IMG/VR virus record: IMGVR_UViG_3300044674_000289
Span: 1 to 50,042 of that record
DNA length: 50,042 bases
DNA from: a virus
Taxonomy: Duplodnaviria > Caudoviricetes
Reading direction: 5' to 3' (one strand)
Below the pieces are notes generated by a model. That model was not told where the DNA came from and did no database searches. It worked only from the letters and a program-made list of their open reading frames with translations. Made by a program: the position numbers and the translations under genes. Positions 7,455 to 17,181 of this stretch are shown piece after piece (position 1 is the stretch's first letter; every line of letters begins with the position of its first letter).

Positions 7455-9110
7455 ATGGGCGACTTTGTGGCCTATCAAAAACCTTGTCCAAGTTGCGGAG
7501 GCAGTGATCCTGTCTCCGTAAATTCAAACGGTTCTGCAAAATGTTTTAGTTGTGGAACCTTTTTCAAAGACTACGAATCTGCAATGGGAGGCAACGTGGC
7601 AGACTTCAATAGCTTTAAAAGATCCAATGACAATACTCCCTTCACCAACAGCGTATATCACGCACTCACCGACAGATCCATCTCTCTTGAAACTGCAAAG
7701 AAATTCGGTGTTCGTTCAGTCAAAGACGAGCAGGGTAATATTATTCAGCATCACTACCCTGCATACATTAACAACGAAGAAGTTGCTACGAAGGTTCGCA
7801 ATGCAGATAAAACATTTACTTGGTCAGGCTCACCCAAGGGAACTGGCCTTTTTGGTCAGCAAGTGGCGCAGGCGGGTGGTAAATACATTACGATCACTGA
7901 AGGTGAGTGTGATGCTATGGCGGCATACGAACTTCTGGGGAGTAAATGGCCGGTTGTATCTGTTAAGAATGGAGCGCAGGGCGCGGCACGGGATGTCCAA
8001 GAAAATCTTGAATTCCTTGAATCGTTTGATACGGTGGTTATTTCTTTCGACAACGACAAGCCCGGAAGAGATGCCGCAAAAAAGGTTGCGCGTATTATCA
8101 AGCCGGGAAAAGCTAAGATCCTTAATCTACCGACAGAGTTCAAAGATCCTAACGAGATGCTCAAGCTGGGTCACCACAAAGCTTACGTCACTGCGTGGTG
8201 GGCTTCAAAGATTTATACGCCGTCTGGAATTCTAAACGTCAGTGAAGAGCGAGACAACTACAAAAAGCGTGAGCGTAAAGAATCTATTGCGTATCCTTGG
8301 AGTGGCCTTAATGAAAAGTTAGATGGACTACGACAAGGCGAGTTGATTACTTTGACGGGCGGTACAGGCTTGGGTAAATCTAGTGTTACTCGTGAGCTTG
8401 AACACTGGCTCATTACCAATACCAACGACAAGGTAGGCATCATTGCTCTTGAAGAGGATTGGCGTAGGACTGTTGATGGTATTTTATCTATTGAGGCTAA
8501 TGCTCGACTGCATATTGATAGTGTTCGGGCTGAGTTCAGCGAAGAAGAAATAGATAATTTCTTTAATGTTCTTTATGACGGCGAGAATAAAAACCGTGTC
8601 TTTGTTCATGCTCATCTTGGGATGAACGATGTTGATAGTGTGTTCTCTAAACTGCGCTTTATGGCAATGGGCCTTGAGTGTAAGTGGATAGTTTTTGACC
8701 ACTTACATATGCTCCTATCAATGACAACGGACGGTGACGAGCGCCGCAACATTGATTCAATTATGCACAACTTTAGAACGCTGGTTGAAGAGACAGGCGT
8801 GGGACTCATACTTGTATCACACCTCCGCAGGATTGATGGTAACCGTGGGCACGAGAATGGTATTGAGACAGGACTCAATCATCTACGTGGCTCACAAAGT
8901 ATTGCTCAGTTATCAGACTGTGTGATATCTTTAGAGCGCAACCAGCAATCAGAAGATCCTGTTGAAGCCAGCACCACACGAGTCCGTGTACTTAAGTCCA
9001 GATACACTGGCGATGTCGGCCTAGCCACCCACTTGTTTTATGACAAAGATAGTGGTAGGCTCAGTGAGATAGCTATGGAAGTAGAAGAACAAGATGAGAT
9101 TGAGCTATGA
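7455..9110 (+). CDS. T7 gp4-like primase-helicase
   Basis: N-terminal Zn finger CPSC..CFSC, TOPRIM ITEGECD and FDND, Walker A GGTGLGKS, DHLH and LRGS. Confidence 0.95.
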   Translation: MGDFVAYQKPCPSCGGSDPVSVNSNGSAKCFSCGTFFKDYESAMGGNVADFNSFKRSNDNTPFTNSVYHALTDRSISLETAKKFGVRSVKDEQGNIIQHHYPAYINNEEVATKVRNADKTFTWSGSPKGTGLFGQQVAQAGGKYITITEGECDAMAAYELLGSKWPVVSVKNGAQGAARDVQENLEFLESFDTVVISFDNDKPGRDAAKKVARIIKPGKAKILNLPTEFKDPNEMLKLGHHKAYVTAWWASKIYTPSGILNVSEERDNYKKRERKESIAYPWSGLNEKLDGLRQGELITLTGGTGLGKSSVTRELEHWLITNTNDKVGIIALEEDWRRTVDGILSIEANARLHIDSVRAEFSEEEIDNFFNVLYDGENKNRVFVHAHLGMNDVDSVFSKLRFMAMGLECKWIVFDHLHMLLSMTTDGDERRNIDSIMHNFRTLVEETGVGLILVSHLRRIDGNRGHENGIETGLNHLRGSQSIAQLSDCVISLERNQQSEDPVEASTTRVRVLKSRYTGDVGLATHLFYDKDSGRLSEIAMEVEEQDEIEL

Positions 9111-10861
9111 AAAGCATTGTCTTTGACATTGAAGCAGACAGTTTAGAACCTACAAAGATCTGGTGTATTGCCGCAGTTGATCCTGACTCTGGCGAAACCA
9201 AAACCTTTGGCCCCACAGAAATTGTTCAGGGCTTGGCTCATCTATCGTCTGCCGATAAACTAATTGGTCATAACATTATTGGTTATGATTTACCCGCCAT
9301 CAAAAAGATTCACAACATTGATCTGACAGAGAACTGTGCAATTGTAGATACACTTGTATTGTCTCGCCTGTTCAACCCCACACGAGAGGGCGGCCATAGC
9401 CTTGAGTCTTGGGGATATCGTATCGGCCTACAGAAAATAGATCACACAGAGTTTGGAGAATACTCTCCAGAAATGTTGAACTATTGTCGTAACGATGCGG
9501 TCTTGAATGCCAAGATGTTTAACAATCTTAAATCAGAGTCTCGTGGCTTCAGTCGCCAATCAGTTGTACTTGAACACGAGACACTAAAAATTATTGCAGA
9601 CCAAAGAGAGCGTGGCTTCCTTCTGGATATCAAGGCCGCAACTTTACTTGTTGCTGAACTAACTGATCGCCTCAAGGAAGTAGAGCGAGAGGTACAGAAA
9701 ACCTTCAGGCCCAAGCAACTCAAGACCGTCTTGCTACCTCAGTTTACAAAGACAGGTGCGTTATCTAAGATGGGCCTTATTGAAGGTTCAGAAAAGAAAA
9801 GCCGACTGACTCAAGAAGAGTTTGAAGAGATTGCTACCAAACGCAAGGCTGTGCGTATTGAGGAAGTACCTTTCAACCTTGGCTCACGTAAGCAGATTGG
9901 TGAGTATCTAATTGACTTTGGATGGAAGCCGCAAAGGTTTACTCCCACAGGTCAGCCAATAGTAGATGAGTCTACGCTCAGTAAAATTACCGATATACCT
10001 GAAGCCACACTCATTGCAGAATATCTTTTACTTCAAAAGCGTATTGCTCAAGTAACTGCATGGCTCAAGGAAGCGCATGATGATGATCGTGTTCGCGGCT
10101 TTGTCAATCCAAACGGAACTATTACTGGTCGCATGACACACAATAGTCCTAACATGGCACAAGTCCCTAGTGTTTCTGCGCCTTATGGTAAAGAGTGTCG
10201 AGCCTGCTGGACTGTACCAGAAGGCTATAAGCTAGTCGGTATTGATGCTAGTGGTCTTGAGCTACGTATGCTGGCACACTACATGAAGGACGAGGACTTC
10301 AAAAATGAAATACTGCACGGAGACATACACTCAACTAACCAAAGACTTGCAGGGCTTGAATCAAGAAATCAGGCAAAGACATTTATCTATGCACTCTTAT
10401 ACGGAGCAGGAGATGAAAAACTTGGCAGTGTGGTTGGAGGAAACAAACGCGATGGTGCGAAACTTAGAAAGCGTTTCTTCGATAATCTCCCTGCATTTAA
10501 ACATCTTAAAGACGCAGTTGGACGAGCGGCTTCAAAAGGTTTCATCAAAGGACTAGATGGACGCAAGCTTTATATTCGATCTGAACACGCCGCACTGAAC
10601 ACACTGCTTCAAAGTGCCGGGGCTATCGTTATGAAGCAGGCTATGATAAACTTGAACCAAGCAATTAAACTCAATACACTGGACGCACACTTTGTCTGCA
10701 ACGTCCATGACGAATGGCAAATAGAAGTATTAGAAAAACAAGCTGATGCTGTCGGTCAATTAGGTGTAGATGCTATTCGTAAAGCGGGAGAAGAGCTTGA
10801 GCTTTTCTGTAATCTTGACGGTGAGTACAAGATAGGAGATAACTGGAGTGGCACCCACTAA
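9107..10861 (+). CDS. Family A DNA polymerase (T7 gp5-like)
   Basis: Exonuclease FDIEAD and HNIIGYD; motif A DASGLELR, motif B AKTFIYALLYG (Tyr at the 762-equivalent position), motif C VHDE. Confidence 0.96.
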   Translation: MKSIVFDIEADSLEPTKIWCIAAVDPDSGETKTFGPTEIVQGLAHLSSADKLIGHNIIGYDLPAIKKIHNIDLTENCAIVDTLVLSRLFNPTREGGHSLESWGYRIGLQKIDHTEFGEYSPEMLNYCRNDAVLNAKMFNNLKSESRGFSRQSVVLEHETLKIIADQRERGFLLDIKAATLLVAELTDRLKEVEREVQKTFRPKQLKTVLLPQFTKTGALSKMGLIEGSEKKSRLTQEEFEEIATKRKAVRIEEVPFNLGSRKQIGEYLIDFGWKPQRFTPTGQPIVDESTLSKITDIPEATLIAEYLLLQKRIAQVTAWLKEAHDDDRVRGFVNPNGTITGRMTHNSPNMAQVPSVSAPYGKECRACWTVPEGYKLVGIDASGLELRMLAHYMKDEDFKNEILHGDIHSTNQRLAGLESRNQAKTFIYALLYGAGDEKLGSVVGGNKRDGAKLRKRFFDNLPAFKHLKDAVGRAASKGFIKGLDGRKLYIRSEHAALNTLLQSAGAIVMKQAMINLNQAIKLNTLDAHFVCNVHDEWQIEVLEKQADAVGQLGVDAIRKAGEELELFCNLDGEYKIGDNWSGTH

Positions 10862-11132
10862 CGATCCTAGTCGCATAGGCGACTTAGCAGAGCATTACGC
10901 CATCACATGGCTATGGGACAACGGCTATCATGTGTTCAAAAACTGTGGTTGTACAGGGCCAGTTGATATTGTGGCGCTAGACCCAGAAGGTAACATCACT
11001 TTAATAGATGTTAAGTCCTATAAAGATGGTAGGTTATCTGCCAAGACGCCCTTGCAAAAAGCTCTTGGTGTGCAGTATCTCCATTACAATTCACTTACAC
11101 GCAAGTGTCGATTCGTAAGGCATAGAAAATGA
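10848..11132 (+). CDS. PD-(D/E)XK endonuclease (Hjc-like)
   Basis: G..AE...L...GY.V...GPVDIVA....LIDVK. Confidence 0.7.
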   Translation: MAPTNDPSRIGDLAEHYAITWLWDNGYHVFKNCGCTGPVDIVALDPEGNITLIDVKSYKDGRLSAKTPLQKALGVQYLHYNSLTRKCRFVRHRK

Positions 11133-12001
11133 AACTTGACACATTAATTGACGATATATATGGACAGCTTAGTAAGTTGTCTGAAGGAAAAGAATTTAAT
11201 TTATCAGATGCAGATCTAGACTTTACTGCGGATCGTATCAAAGATTCCCTTCGGGCTTGGGCTAGGCCCTCTGAAAGAAACTCAGAGTTTACTCTGCGTA
11301 TGTCTAATATTGGTCGGCCTGCCCGTCAGCTTTGGTATGAACAAAACCTACCGCTTGAAGCGTCAGCACCCTCCCCATCATTACAAATTAAATTTCTTTA
11401 TGGTCACATCCTAGAAGAGATTCTCTTAATGCTTGTCCGTGTCTCTGGACACAGGGTAACTGATGAGCAAAAAGAAGTTACGGTCAAAGGGGTGAAAGGC
11501 CATATTGATTGTAAGATTGATGGTGAAGTAGTTGATATTAAAACCGCATCTAAGTTTGCGTTCAATAAGTTCCGTGAGGGACGGCTACGAGAAGATGATC
11601 CTTTCGGATATATGTCACAGCTTGCAGGCTACGAGGAGGCTGAGAAGTCCTCTGAGGGCGGCTTTCTTGTAATCAATAAAGAGAGTGGTGAGTTGTGTTT
11701 ATATCGCCCAGAGGAGCTTGACAAGCCTAGTATCAATACTCAGATACAGGATGTGAAGAAAGCCCTAAAACTGGCTACTCCACCTCCACGCTGTTATGAG
11801 TCTGTACCAGAGGGGAAGAAAGGCAACATGAAGATCCACCGCAGTTGTAACTACTGCCCCTATAAGTTTGACTGTTACAAAGATGCAAACAACGGTACAG
11901 GGCTAAGAGTTTTTAAGTATGCAACCGGCCCTGTATATTTGAGCCATGTTGAAGTAGCACCAAGGGTGGAGGAAATTTATAATGAACAGACGCCTTTCTA
12001 A
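11129..12001 (+). CDS. PD-(D/E)XK exonuclease (Cas4/RecB-like)
   Basis: LRMSNIG, GHILE, GHIDCKIDGEVVDIKT, QLAGY and C-terminal CNYC..C. Confidence 0.8.
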   Translation: MKLDTLIDDIYGQLSKLSEGKEFNLSDADLDFTADRIKDSLRAWARPSERNSEFTLRMSNIGRPARQLWYEQNLPLEASAPSPSLQIKFLYGHILEEILLMLVRVSGHRVTDEQKEVTVKGVKGHIDCKIDGEVVDIKTASKFAFNKFREGRLREDDPFGYMSQLAGYEEAEKSSEGGFLVINKESGELCLYRPEELDKPSINTQIQDVKKALKLATPPPRCYESVPEGKKGNMKIHRSCNYCPYKFDCYKDANNGTGLRVFKYATGPVYLSHVEVAPRVEEIYNEQTPF

Positions 12002-12251
12002 AAAGATAAATCAAAAAACAATTGACATCTTTATTGAGTGGCTGAGTACTGTTATCTCTGAAGAAGAAGCCTCCAAGCTTGTTAGAAAAAATTATAAGCA
12101 GTATGTACCAGAGAATGCTTATTTCTATAAGCAAGGTGTCCATAGAAATTCTTTGTTCACGCCACGCTGGATCAAAAGAAATTTAAAAAGAAAGCTTAGG
12201 CAGAATCCATCAAAGGGGCTGGACAGTTATTGTATGGCTGATTTAAAATGA
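11982..12251 (+). CDS. Basic hypothetical protein
   Basis: GGAGG SD, overlapping operon packing. Confidence 0.6.
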   Translation: MNRRLSKKINQKTIDIFIEWLSTVISEEEASKLVRKNYKQYVPENAYFYKQGVHRNSLFTPRWIKRNLKRKLRQNPSKGLDSYCMADLK

Positions 12252-12388
12252 CACCCCTCACTTTAGAGGCGCTTGTATATTTCTGTGCCAAGCAATTAGC
12301 CGACGAAGAAACTATAGATGATGAGCTTTTATTTGAACTTTATACTATACTAAAAATACATTTTGAAGGGGCACCCACAGTACATTGA
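12248..12388 (+). CDS. Small hypothetical protein (46 aa, absent from the ORF track)
   Basis: MTPLTLEALVYFCAKQLADEE...; ATGA and TTGA overlaps with both neighbours. Confidence 0.55.
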   Translation: MTPLTLEALVYFCAKQLADEETIDDELLFELYTILKIHFEGAPTVH

Positions 12389-12864
12389 AACCAAAAATAA
12401 AAAAAGGATACAGAAGGCCACGCGCCAAGCGGCCTGTTGATAAAGCGCCCGTCCGTGGCTATGATTCTAATTGGGAGTATGAGCTACACTCAGGCATCCT
12501 AAATGATTGGAAGATACATTCGGAGCAGGCAAGCTATATCGTTGAACATACTTATCACCCAGACTTCATCCGCGAGGTAGAGGGTAAGAAGATCTATCTG
12601 GAGGCGAAGGGACGCTTCTGGGATCACAACGAATACAATAAGTATGTCTGGATAGCTAAAGCTTTACCAAAAGATATTGAGTTAGTATTTTTGTTTGCTG
12701 ATCCCAACGCACCTATGCCACAGGCCAAGCGTAGAAAAGATGGCACCAAGAGAAATCACGCTGAGTGGGCTTCCTCTAAAGGATTTAGATGGTTTTCTGA
12801 AGATAGTATCCCAGAAGATTGGATAGATGTTTCAAAGAGGGGGAGTATAGGGGATGATGAATGA
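12385..12864 (+). CDS. T7 endonuclease I-like Holliday junction resolvase
   Basis: YDSNWE, YHPDF, YLEAKGRF and WA...GFRW motifs. Confidence 0.85.
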   Translation: MKPKIKKGYRRPRAKRPVDKAPVRGYDSNWEYELHSGILNDWKIHSEQASYIVEHTYHPDFIREVEGKKIYLEAKGRFWDHNEYNKYVWIAKALPKDIELVFLFADPNAPMPQAKRRKDGTKRNHAEWASSKGFRWFSEDSIPEDWIDVSKRGSIGDDE

Positions 12865-13012
12865 TCGCAAGCGCGAGCGTTTAGAAAAGTTTAGCCGCCA
12901 TAAAAGAAAGAAGTACGAAGAGCGGCCTGACGAAAAATACAAACCAATAAAAAAGCGCAACAAATATAAGCTAAACATTAATGACCTGAACGACATTGAA
13001 GAGTTGGAATGA
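12857..13012 (+). CDS. Small basic protein (51 aa, absent from the ORF track)
   Basis: MNDRKRERLEKFSRHKRKK...; overlaps both neighbours. Confidence 0.5.
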   Translation: MNDRKRERLEKFSRHKRKKYEERPDEKYKPIKKRNKYKLNINDLNDIEELE

Positions 13013-13188
13013 AATCACCATGCACAAAAGTTTGTAAGATAGAAAACGGAGTTTGCATTGGGTGCGGTAGAAACCTAAACGAAATAAGTAATTGGTCGAA
13101 ATACACAACCGAAGAAAGGAGTAAGATCATTGGACGCCTATCAACAATACATACACAAAAGCCGGTACGCACGTTACCTACCAAATGA
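13009..13188 (+). CDS. DUF1289 (YdhL-like Cys-rich) protein (59 aa, absent from the ORF track)
   Basis: MKSPCTKVCKIENGVCIGCGRNLNEISNW matches the SPC..VC......C.GC.R...EI..W signature. Confidence 0.75.
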   Translation: MKSPCTKVCKIENGVCIGCGRNLNEISNWSKYTTEERSKIIGRLSTIHTQKPVRTLPTK

Positions 13189-14989
13189 AGAACGTCGAGA
13201 GACATGGCAAGAAACAGTAACTCGCTATGTAAATTATTGGGGATCTAAACTTGATGTAGATGAGCAAGTAGAAATCCATAAAGCTATACATGATTTAGAA
13301 GTCATGCCGTCCATGCGAGCATTGATGACTGCTGGTGAAGCTTTAGATCGTGACAATGTAGCAGGATTCAATTGCAGTTATATTGCTATTGATAGTCCTC
13401 GCGCCTTTGATGAAATGATGTACGTACTTATGTGCGGTACAGGCGTTGGCTTCAGTGTCGAAGAGCAATATGTTTCTAAACTTCCAGAAATCGCAGAGGA
13501 TTTCCATGCAACAGATACAGTCATACACGTTCCGGATTCAAAAATTGGATGGGCGAAATCGTTTAGGGAACTGGTATCGTTGCTTTATTCTGGTCAAATT
13601 CCAGAATGGGACACAACTAGAGTTCGACCTGCGGGTGCCAGCCTTAAAACTTTTGGAGGTCGAGCAAGTGGCCCAGAACCTCTTGTCGAACTCTTCAAAT
13701 TTACAGTTAGATTATTTAAGGGAGCGGCTGGACGAAAGCTTACGCCCCTTGAATGCCACGATCTTTGCTGTAAAATCGCTCAAATAGTTGTTGTAGGTGG
13801 GGTTAGGCGTAGTGCGTTAATCAGCCTATCTGATCTATCGGATGATGATATCCGACAAGCAAAGCACGGCGCTTGGTACAACACAGAACCACAGCGTGGC
13901 CTTGCAAATAACAGTGCCTGCTATACCAGCAAGCCTTCCTTTAATTTATTTAGTGCAGAATGGAGTAGCTTACATGAATCACAAAGCGGAGAACGAGGAA
14001 TATTCAGCCGTGCGGCTAGTAAAAAACAAGCTTCAAGAAACGGTAGACGAGATAGTGAACGAGATTTCGGAACGAACCCATGCAGTGAAATCATCCTTAG
14101 ACCAAATCAATTCTGCAACCTTTCAGAAGTTGTCGTCAGACCGAAAGATACACTTAACACTCTTCGGAGAAAAGTACGAATTGCGACTATCTTGGGTACT
14201 CTCCAAGCCACGCTCACGGACTTCCGCTACCTGAGAGGTATTTGGAAAACTAATACAGAAGAAGAATCTTTGCTGGGCGTGAGTCTTACAGGGATTCTTG
14301 ACAATCCTTTACTGACTCTTGAGAACGATGATCTTGATTTACTGCTTCAGGATCTACGTGATGTAGCTGTAGAAACAAATAAAGAGTGGGCAGAAAGATT
14401 AGGCATTCCTCAGAGCGCGGCTATTACCTGTGTTAAGCCTAGCGGTACGGTGTCACAACTAGTAGATTCCGCATCAGGTATTCACGGACGCTACGCCCCT
14501 TATTATATTCGACGGGTTAGGGCTGATGTAAGAGATCCTCTGTGCAAGATCTTAGAAGACGCTGGAGTGCCTTGTGAGATGGATAACTTCTCACCTAGTA
14601 CTAAGGTATTCGCCTTCCCCAAGAAGGCTCCAGAGGACGCTGTGTTCGCTTCTGAGCAGACAGGGATGGAGCAGTTAGAACTCTGGGCCACATACCAAGA
14701 ACACTGGTGTGAACACAAGCCTAGTATTACTGTATACTATCGGGACTCTGACTTCCTTGAGATTGGTAATTGGGTATACAATAACTTTGATACAATCTCT
14801 GGTATTAGTTTCTTACCGTATGACGAACACACATATGCTCAAGCCCCATACGAGCAGATCACGGAAGAGGAATACAATGAAATGGTAAAAGATTTTCCGA
14901 CAGCCTTTGATTGGGATCTCAACGAAGCAGATGACTTCACTGAAGGAGCGCAAACACTAGCTTGTGTTGGCGGTGCTTGCGAACTCTAA
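13130..14989 (+). CDS. nrdJ: Class II adenosylcobalamin-dependent ribonucleotide reductase
   Basis: TNPCSEI, CNLSEV, TCVKPSGTVS, C-terminal ACVGGAC; no beta-subunit gene; TTG start with AAGGAG SD. Confidence 0.9.
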   Translation: MDAYQQYIHKSRYARYLPNEERRETWQETVTRYVNYWGSKLDVDEQVEIHKAIHDLEVMPSMRALMTAGEALDRDNVAGFNCSYIAIDSPRAFDEMMYVLMCGTGVGFSVEEQYVSKLPEIAEDFHATDTVIHVPDSKIGWAKSFRELVSLLYSGQIPEWDTTRVRPAGASLKTFGGRASGPEPLVELFKFTVRLFKGAAGRKLTPLECHDLCCKIAQIVVVGGVRRSALISLSDLSDDDIRQAKHGAWYNTEPQRGLANNSACYTSKPSFNLFSAEWSSLHESQSGERGIFSRAASKKQASRNGRRDSERDFGTNPCSEIILRPNQFCNLSEVVVRPKDTLNTLRRKVRIATILGTLQATLTDFRYLRGIWKTNTEEESLLGVSLTGILDNPLLTLENDDLDLLLQDLRDVAVETNKEWAERLGIPQSAAITCVKPSGTVSQLVDSASGIHGRYAPYYIRRVRADVRDPLCKILEDAGVPCEMDNFSPSTKVFAFPKKAPEDAVFASEQTGMEQLELWATYQEHWCEHKPSITVYYRDSDFLEIGNWVYNNFDTISGISFLPYDEHTYAQAPYEQITEEEYNEMVKDFPTAFDWDLNEADDFTEGAQTLACVGGACEL

Positions 14990-15216
14990 TGTCTCAGAAG
15001 GATGCAACAATAATAGGCTTCCGCATCCTGATAGATTCAGAAGGGCTTTTTGTCACCGAAGCTACTGAACTTCCTGACGAACATATTGCAAAAGTATTCC
15101 GTGAAGAAGAAACTCAGATACTGGTTCGTGCGGCAATAAAGTCCTTTAAAGAACAGACCGGGGATATGCACTCAAAATTAGAAGCAGACATAGACGCTAT
15201 CAATAGAATACTCTGA
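14989..15216 (+). CDS. Hypothetical protein
   Basis: ATG overlapping the nrdJ stop. Confidence 0.6.
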   Translation: MSQKDATIIGFRILIDSEGLFVTEATELPDEHIAKVFREEETQILVRAAIKSFKEQTGDMHSKLEADIDAINRIL

Positions 15217-16481
15217 TGTTAAGGTACATTCTGTTTGCGCTTATTATACTGGTGTCTGCGCCATTAGCGAATACTGACACCCTAATAAGATCCGGTTGTT
15301 CTAAAGATTATCTGGGGGTAGAGTGGTTTATCTACGAAGACGCTGACGGCAACCGCTATTCAACAAAAGATCGTAGATCTAGTAAGTGTGGTTATCGTCG
15401 CTATCTAAACCTGTCAATGGAAAAGGAGGCCGGAGACAGGTTTGATCCTGCTGTAGTCAACGTAGATTATAAAGATATGCTAGACCGCAATGAGCCTTGG
15501 GGAATGGTTCATCATTCAACTACTATAGGCGAGGCGGTTAGAGTCGGTAGAGATACTGTCCACATCTTTGGAGATGGTCGTACAGGCGATGGAATCTTTA
15601 CGCTGGGTAGACAGGAAATACAATTCCGTATAGAAAAAGAACCTCTATGTGAAGTTGACAGTAGGGTTGACTGCGAAGGACATACTCAAAGAAGTAATCA
15701 ACAGTTTATTTATTATGGGGAAGATGACGATAGGATCGTAACGTGGGAGCTAGGTGTATTGATATATGCCTCTCATAGAGACTATGGAATAGACGTACCT
15801 ATAGAAATCCTTGAAGAGTGGGATGAAGATCATCCTCAGTGGACTAAGTGGGAAAAGCGTGTAGCAGAGTACAACAAAGTCTATTGGCTGTCCGGTGTTC
15901 ACGTAAATTACAGACTTACAAAAGTATATCTCGCACACTGGCACAGGTTGGGAGAGGTTGGAAACATGACGGTGGGTTTACCTGTCGATGTTATTCTTGG
16001 CTACGGGACATCTTATCCCGATACTTGCGGCGTTGCCAAAGTTAAAACATACTTCAGCGAAGGTAAGCCACCATACTCTATGAGCCGTTGTAGTATATAC
16101 ACAGACTTGCATGAGATTGGACATTCAGTAGGTCTTGCACATGGCCCAGAGAACCAAGACTATAAAGCCAGAGGATATATCTTCCCTGACTTTGGGCATG
16201 GCTGGAATGATATTTGTAACACCAAAGATGATCTCATGTCTTATGGACGCGAGGGAGTCTTTCATTCTAATTCTAAATTGTACTGCGATGAGATCTTTGA
16301 TGTGTGGTATGATGGGGTGTTGGCAGGAGGAACAGAGTTCTCAGACACTGCCAAAGCAATCAATAGAGTTAGATATAATGTGTCGTTGATTCACGACGAG
16401 AACAAGTACGTAGATCCAGACGCTAGGCTACGACCTGTAATGTCCAGAGCTAGACGTATTGAAATAGAGGTCATTGACTAG
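15216..16481 (+). CDS. Secreted metzincin (reprolysin-like) zinc metalloprotease
   Basis: N-terminal signal-peptide-like stretch, HEIGHSVGLAH (HExxHxxGxxH) and Met-turn DLMSY. Confidence 0.8.
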   Translation: MLRYILFALIILVSAPLANTDTLIRSGCSKDYLGVEWFIYEDADGNRYSTKDRRSSKCGYRRYLNLSMEKEAGDRFDPAVVNVDYKDMLDRNEPWGMVHHSTTIGEAVRVGRDTVHIFGDGRTGDGIFTLGRQEIQFRIEKEPLCEVDSRVDCEGHTQRSNQQFIYYGEDDDRIVTWELGVLIYASHRDYGIDVPIEILEEWDEDHPQWTKWEKRVAEYNKVYWLSGVHVNYRLTKVYLAHWHRLGEVGNMTVGLPVDVILGYGTSYPDTCGVAKVKTYFSEGKPPYSMSRCSIYTDLHEIGHSVGLAHGPENQDYKARGYIFPDFGHGWNDICNTKDDLMSYGREGVFHSNSKLYCDEIFDVWYDGVLAGGTEFSDTAKAINRVRYNVSLIHDENKYVDPDARLRPVMSRARRIEIEVID

Positions 16482-16780
16482 CAGGGTTTGCTAACGTCCA
16501 TTGCAGACGCAATTAGCCCACCCGTGCTAGCCCTATGGCGAGCAGTTTTCTTAGCAGTCTTTTTAGGTTGCTTAGAATGTTGCTTGCCTTTTTTTGTATC
16601 TTCTCTTTTCTTTGCAGACGTTGCGGCGTACTCTGAATCTGATAAAGAAGCAATAGCACTTGACGGCAGATAGCGTTCTCCTGTAGCATCTGGGCCTTGT
16701 GTAGAAGGTTTACCAGACTTAGTTCCCCAATCTTCTTTTGTCCAATTCTTTAAATCTTGTTGAGGTTTTTTAAGCGCCAT
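16478..16780 (-). CDS. Small basic phage protein (DUF5872-like, second half)
   Basis: MALKKPQQDLKNWTKEDWGTKSGKPS...GERYLP; ends with the GG tag RHRASTGG. Confidence 0.65.
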   Translation of the reverse strand: MALKKPQQDLKNWTKEDWGTKSGKPSTQGPDATGERYLPSSAIASLSDSEYAATSAKKREDTKKGKQHSKQPKKTAKKTARHRASTGGLIASAMDVSKPC

Positions 16781-16952
16781 GAGTACGTTGCCTTTTGTTA
16801 ATGAATTTTTTGATTGGTGTGTTCTAGCTATTGCATGGTTTGGCGATATAACCGGCATGGGTTACAATCTCGCCAATATTTTTTTGTTTGTTTTTTTTCA
16901 ACCCTTTCTTATTCTTTTGTTTCTTTTTCTTTGGCTCAAGAATAGAAAATAA
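16779..16952 (+). CDS. Small membrane protein (57 aa, absent from the ORF track), antisense to the late arm
   Basis: MSTLPFVNEFFDWCVLAIAWFGDITGMGYNLANIFLFVFFQPFLILLFLFLWLKNRK; two hydrophobic helices; exactly fills the gap between two minus-strand genes. Confidence 0.55.
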   Translation: MSTLPFVNEFFDWCVLAIAWFGDITGMGYNLANIFLFVFFQPFLILLFLFLWLKNRK

Positions 16953-16971
16953 AGTTATGTAGAACTTGGCT

Positions 16972-17181
16972 TTATGTGTAGCCGCCTCCCGCGTCTTTGT
17001 ACTGCTTGGCAAGAAATTGGGCTTTACGTGCAGACCACTGCCCCGCCTTACCGCCTTTGCTACCCGCTTTAATTTTGTTAAACAGACGCTTACGCATCCC
17101 CGGCTTAGTGTAGTTTCCTGCCTCATTAACTTTACTTCCTTCATTATACATTTGGCGTTCTAGATCAAAAATACTTTTCAT
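16972..17181 (-). CDS. Small basic phage protein (DUF5872-like, first half)
   Basis: NYTKPGMRKRLF..IKAGSKGGKAGQWSARKAQ.LA..YK.AGGGY. Confidence 0.7.
   Translation of the reverse strand: MKSIFDLERQMYNEGSKVNEAGNYTKPGMRKRLFNKIKAGSKGGKAGQWSARKAQFLAKQYKDAGGGYT

Noticed and set aside
7552-8235. 227-aa alternative-frame ORF inside the primase, and other antisense or shadow ORFs in the track
   Set aside because: They are nested in well-supported genes, have no SD or recognisable motifs, and their composition reflects the main frame.
11129-12001. Cas4-like gene as evidence of a CRISPR-Cas system
   Set aside because: Stand-alone PD-(D/E)XK exonucleases are routine in phage replication blocks; no other cas genes or array are present.
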